From: Leptospira biflexa | GTDB lineage: Bacteria; Spirochaetota; DYNZ01 | Direction: 5' to 3' | Length of the DNA stretch: 64,000 nucleotides | NCBI GenBank assembly: GCA_020720805.1 | Contig: DYNZ01000007.1 | Location: 2,568-66,567, forward strand | Shown: positions 59,761-64,000 of the stretch, piece after piece | How the letters are laid out: each line of letters opens with the position of its first letter | How positions within the stretch are numbered: the stretch's first letter is position 1 | The notes under the pieces: model-generated | What the model was told of the DNA's origin: nothing | Database searches by the model: none | Seen by the model: the letters and a program-made list of their open reading frames with translations, nothing else | Translations under genes and position numbers: made by a program

Positions 59761-60318
59761 CTAATCCTGCTTTAGGGGTTTTGTTATCAGCTTTTTAAGC
59801 GTGATACGCCGGACAATATGAGCCAGGATTCCATTTACCAGCCCCTGTAGGAGTCCGGCGACCAGTACGGTAGGACCTATAAATCCGATAGCCAGTAGAG
59901 GTCCTAAGAGTGAAACAATCATAGATTTCGGAGCTGTGCTGCGCAGCACAGTCTGGTAGATATAAAAAGCCGGGAACAAATTTATAATTCCCAGGATACT
60001 ACCGCCAAGAATCGCGCGCAGATAGTGACGTTCCAGAATGGAGTCGTTTTTATACCGCAGCCAGGCATAAAAAAATGTAAATAGAAACATGGTTCCCCCT
60101 GATGCTGCAAGAAGAAGGTAAAGATTGCTGCTGTATCCCGCTTGAAAAAAACTCCAGAAAGATTCTAGCCTTTTCGGCCAGGGTTGCTTGCCTGCGAGGT
60201 TTTCCATGATAAAGATTGCGCTTGATGCGATTGGCCAGGCTAGAACAAAATTGATGCCAAGAGCGACATAAATCCATGGATGCCGCAAGCGTCCCAGAAA
60301 ATCCTTCAGAAAATTCAT
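59761..60318 (-). CDS. Hypothetical membrane protein
   Basis: About four hydrophobic segments. Confidence 0.6.
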   Translation of the reverse strand: MNFLKDFLGRLRHPWIYVALGINFVLAWPIASSAIFIMENLAGKQPWPKRLESFWSFFQAGYSSNLYLLLAASGGTMFLFTFFYAWLRYKNDSILERHYLRAILGGSILGIINLFPAFYIYQTVLRSTAPKSMIVSLLGPLLAIGFIGPTVLVAGLLQGLVNGILAHIVRRITLKKLITKPLKQD

Positions 60319-60332
60319 AGCTTTATAATAGT

Positions 60333-60728
60333 CTAATTAACTGATTCTTTCTTGCAAACTAGAATTTTCGGATTGCCTTGCTTGAGACTGACTTTCGGGA
60401 TAATTTCATTGATGCCAAACCAGGCAAGAATAGTCTTTGCCAGTGCAGCAATGATGGGAAAATCAAATCCTGTGCTGGCGATGATAATTTTTCCCTGAAA
60501 TCCCTTTTTGCGCAATCCAACTGCGAATAAAAGACCGGATATCTGCGTTTCCATCGTTATGTCTGTAACGATGGTATGAAAAAAATTAATTCCTTTTTCC
60601 TGGACTGCTTGCTTTGCCAGAGCTGCGCTCTTTACCCAGATGATTTCATAGTCGTTGCTGGAATAGATTCCTAAAATAAGATTTTTGTATTTTTCATTAT
60701 CATCGACAAGCAGTAGGTTGAGTTTCAT
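60333..60728 (-). CDS. Single-domain response regulator receiver
   Basis: LLLVDDNE, VTDITME (phospho-acceptor Asp), IIIAST, IIPK. Confidence 0.8.
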   Translation of the reverse strand: MKLNLLLVDDNEKYKNLILGIYSSNDYEIIWVKSAALAKQAVQEKGINFFHTIVTDITMETQISGLLFAVGLRKKGFQGKIIIASTGFDFPIIAALAKTILAWFGINEIIPKVSLKQGNPKILVCKKESVN

Positions 60729-60894
60729 GGTGCGTGATCCGGATTCTGGTTATTTGCTCTCATTCAGAGGTGTCCGGATATTTTTTTCTTTTGCCCTATA
60801 ATGTCAAACGCGAATAATGTGATCATTTAAATTGTTGAAAAATAGAAAATTGTAAAAATTCGGTTTGATCTTATTGCTATAGATTTCAAGCTGG

Positions 60895-61749
60895 ATGAAA
60901 ATTCAAACACATAGCAGAAATATGGATACAATCGTTTTTTTGAGCAATATTTCACATAAAGATCATTTTTTATTACGAAAGTTTTATCAATCCGCCACTT
61001 TTCTTGATGTAAGATCGATCGAAGAGCTTGCCCGTACCAATCTTAGCGCTATCCAATTGGTGCTATTCAATCTCGACGGCACAGGTGAGGCAGGGTTGTC
61101 TCTATTGGCTGCGTTGCGAGCCCAAAATGCAGAGATTCCTGTCTTAGCGTTAGCCAATCAGAACCAGCCCAAATTGCTGCTGCAGGTAATGGATCATTCT
61201 ATACAGGGATTTCTTTTGCTCCCCATAAGCGAAGAAGATTTCAAGGAGAGAACTTCGGAATTTTTAAGTCGCCCTCTTCAAGTCGGTATAGCGCCTGAGT
61301 CGCAGCCAGGAGACGATGCAAACGAGTGGATGCGTCAAATGAGTTTGGAGGAGCTTTTTTTTCAGGGACAAACCTGGATGAGTCAGGAAAAATATGCCAA
61401 AGCTATTCAGATCTTTGAGTATATGCATAGTCTTAAAAGCGTGAGAACTGACCAGGAGGTCATTTTTCAGGAAAAGGCCTTTTTTGAAACAGCCCGCTGC
61501 AATATGAAAATGAATAAGGCAAAATCAGCTATTGAGGCATTCCAGCGGTTTGTTAAGGCCTGCCCGCGAAGTAATTTGATCCATGAGGCCTGGTTTTTTA
61601 TGGGAGAGATTTTTTATAAGGCTGGAAACTCAAAGAATGCCCTTGTCTGCTACCAAAAGGCTATCTCCTTACCCAGTCTGGACAATCGTGGTATCGTGAA
61701 CCAGGCTAAAAGGATGGTAAAAAAGATTCAGGAGATCGGTGCGCAATAA
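60895..61749 (+). CDS. Receiver-like domain (Asp replaced) plus TPR protein
   Basis: LVLFNLD...GLSLLAALR...PVLAL...FLLLP receiver-like N-terminus; three TPR-like helical pairs at the C-terminus. Confidence 0.6.
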   Translation: MKIQTHSRNMDTIVFLSNISHKDHFLLRKFYQSATFLDVRSIEELARTNLSAIQLVLFNLDGTGEAGLSLLAALRAQNAEIPVLALANQNQPKLLLQVMDHSIQGFLLLPISEEDFKERTSEFLSRPLQVGIAPESQPGDDANEWMRQMSLEELFFQGQTWMSQEKYAKAIQIFEYMHSLKSVRTDQEVIFQEKAFFETARCNMKMNKAKSAIEAFQRFVKACPRSNLIHEAWFFMGEIFYKAGNSKNALVCYQKAISLPSLDNRGIVNQAKRMVKKIQEIGAQ

Positions 61750-61801
61750 ACACTGTTGCCGAGATACGGCTCAGGGTTTATTGCGGCGCCATTAAGAATT
61801 T

Positions 61802-63478
61802 TTAGTCTGGCAAGCGCAAAACAGCTCCAAGATTGGCTGATGTCGCCATACGGGCATATCTGGCCAAATACCCTTTGGTTACGCGCACTGCAGGGCGTTG
61901 CCATTTTTTTCTGCGCGCTTCGAGAGTCGGGGCATCCACCAGGAGTTCCAGTTTACGTTGAGGGATGTCGATTAAAATGGGATCGCCGTTTTCAACAAGC
62001 GCAATCAATCCCCCCTCCATAGCCTCAGGAGAAACATGGCCGATGCAGGCTCCGCGCGTGCCTCCGGAAAACCGTCCATCTGTGATCAATGCCACGGATT
62101 CGCCAAGCCCTTGGCCCATGATATAGCTTGTTGGCGCTAGCATCTCCTGCATACCAGGTCCTCCCTTGGGGCCTTCATAGCGAATAACCACAACATCACC
62201 GGCCTTGACCTTACCATTAAGTATCCCCTCTGAAGCCTGCTCTTGGGATTCAAACACAATGGCAGGACCCTGATGAACCAGCATTTTGGGGCTTACTCCG
62301 GCTGTTTTGACTACAGAGCCATTTTCTGCCAGGTTGCCAAACAGGATAGCCAAGCCACCTTCCGGAGAGTAGGCTTTCTCTAAGGGGCGGATACATGCTT
62401 CATCCTGAATCGTAGCGCTGGAGATATTCTCGCCGAGGCTATGCTGGGTCACTGTAATTCGATCTAAGTTCAACAGTCCAGGAATTTTGCCAACCTCTTT
62501 GAGGATGGCGCTGATGCCACCGGCTTTATCCACATCTTCGATATGGTAGAGCGAGGAGGGGCTTACCTTGCAGATGTTTGGAACTTTTTTGCTGAGATCA
62601 TTGATTCGCTTGAGGTCATAATTGATGCCTGCTTCCTGGGCGATGGCCAGGGTATGCAGAACTGTATTTGTGCTGCCCCCCATGGCCATATCGAGGATCA
62701 GAGCATTGTCAATACTTTCGATCGTAACAATGTCTCTTGGTTTCAGGTTTTGTGCCACCAATTTCATGATCTGGGTGCCGGCTTCTCTGTAGAGTGCATC
62801 CCTCCTTGGAGAGGTTGCAAGGATAGTGCCATTGCCAGGCAGAGCGAGCCCTAACGCTTCGCTTAGGCAGTTCATAGAATTGGCTGTAAACATACCAGAG
62901 CAGGAACCGCAGCTTGGGCATCCATGTATCTCTAATTCACGGAGTCCTGGTTCATCCAGATCCCCTTTTTTGAATGCAGCTACTCCTTCGAAAACGGAGA
63001 TAAGATCCACTGTTTTTCCGCTGGGAGTGTGGCCAGCCTCCATGGGTCCGCCGGAAACGAAGATTGTAGGAATGTTGACACGGACAGCGGCCATTATCAT
63101 GCCGGGAACAATCTTGTCGCAGTTCGGAATGCAGACCATACCATCGAGCTGGTGGGCTTCGATAACAGTCTCAACGGCATCCGCGATTAGCTCTCGGGAG
63201 GGCAGGCTATATTTCATACCCTGGTGTCCCATGGCAATACCATCATCCACACCTATGGTGTTGAATTCAAAAGGAACTCCCCCAGCAGCCCGAACAGCCT
63301 CTTTGACCTTTTCGGAGACTTTGTTGAGATGGACATGACCGGGAATGATCTCAATGAAGGAGTTTGCAATTCCGATAAAGGGCTTACCGAAATCTTCATC
63401 CTTCAGTCCGGTTGCCCGTAGCAAAGAGCGGTGTGGTGATTTATCATAGCCTTTTTTGATGGTATCAGAGCGCATCAT
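61802..63478 (-). CDS. ilvD: Dihydroxy-acid dehydratase
   Basis: [64 protein letters not shown]. Confidence 0.97.
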   Translation of the reverse strand: MMRSDTIKKGYDKSPHRSLLRATGLKDEDFGKPFIGIANSFIEIIPGHVHLNKVSEKVKEAVRAAGGVPFEFNTIGVDDGIAMGHQGMKYSLPSRELIADAVETVIEAHQLDGMVCIPNCDKIVPGMIMAAVRVNIPTIFVSGGPMEAGHTPSGKTVDLISVFEGVAAFKKGDLDEPGLRELEIHGCPSCGSCSGMFTANSMNCLSEALGLALPGNGTILATSPRRDALYREAGTQIMKLVAQNLKPRDIVTIESIDNALILDMAMGGSTNTVLHTLAIAQEAGINYDLKRINDLSKKVPNICKVSPSSLYHIEDVDKAGGISAILKEVGKIPGLLNLDRITVTQHSLGENISSATIQDEACIRPLEKAYSPEGGLAILFGNLAENGSVVKTAGVSPKMLVHQGPAIVFESQEQASEGILNGKVKAGDVVVIRYEGPKGGPGMQEMLAPTSYIMGQGLGESVALITDGRFSGGTRGACIGHVSPEAMEGGLIALVENGDPILIDIPQRKLELLVDAPTLEARRKKWQRPAVRVTKGYLARYARMATSANLGAVLRLPD

Positions 63479-64000
63479 TGGAGTCCTCCGGGGAATAGAA
63501 TAATGAAAAAGTTACTATGAAATTCTTAAAAAGGTTTGGAATGGACAATATACGAATTCTTTTTCATTTTTATAATAGAAAAGTTGTCTTTGAATCCAGA
63601 GCCGGCTGTGCAAGATTTATGACAAGTGAAATCTATGCGATGACTTAGAAAAAAGAGAAGAAGGATTTCAGCGATTATTTGATCGCTTTTTTTAGATAAT
63701 CAGGAGCGATTCGTGATTATTGATAATGATGAAATGAGCAGCTTTTGCTTTAAAAAAGGCAGGAACCAAGGTATGGTCGGCAACACCATACCTTTGCGGG
63801 AACCAAAGAGGATAGAAAGGGGTCGGAAGTTTATATATAGGGTAGGATTTGTTACACTGCCAAGTGTGAAATGTATCTTTTGTTTATTATATTGCAACCT
63901 TGATGCCAAAACCTTTGAATCATAAATTTTTTACGCTCGCTTGAAAAAAAATAAAAAAAATGGTGTTTCGTGACCCCCAAATGCCGAAAAAGCGTTATTC

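Noticed and set aside
63700-63925. Two short opposing ORFs at the window end
   Set aside because: AT-rich upstream region of ilvD with no coding signal.

Overview
64 kb of a diderm (Gram-negative-type) bacterial chromosome; the taxon cannot be assigned from the sequence alone. Housekeeping genes at both ends (aat, tRNA-Ser(GCT), RRM protein; carB, queF, mqnD, glgC, ilvD) flank an accessory core. The main observation is a 12.6 kb cluster (8.76-21.38 kb) of six co-oriented exported proteins that carry MACPF/perforin-like motifs: five signal-peptide paralogs, plus one lipoprotein with two MACPF-type signatures. A collagen-like protein and two small reverse-strand exported genes sit inside the cluster. 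It is followed by a VWA / soluble-type adenylate cyclase-STAND-TPR / hypothetical operon. The MACPF assignment comes from motif and topology reading, not from a profile or structure search. Next come a nitrite-ammonification block (two hemerythrin-like genes, Crp/Fnr, nrfHA, TetR, ResB-like/ccsA), corA, a poly-gamma-glutamate locus (pgsB, pgsC, pgsW-like), a 2.5 kb stretch with three damaged genes, and a TIGR02147-type gene between paralogous lipoproteins. Five copies of a modular, TA-targeting MITE family are present: one disrupts a gene and one supplies a new stop codon. No CRISPR array, rRNA, transposase or integrase was seen.
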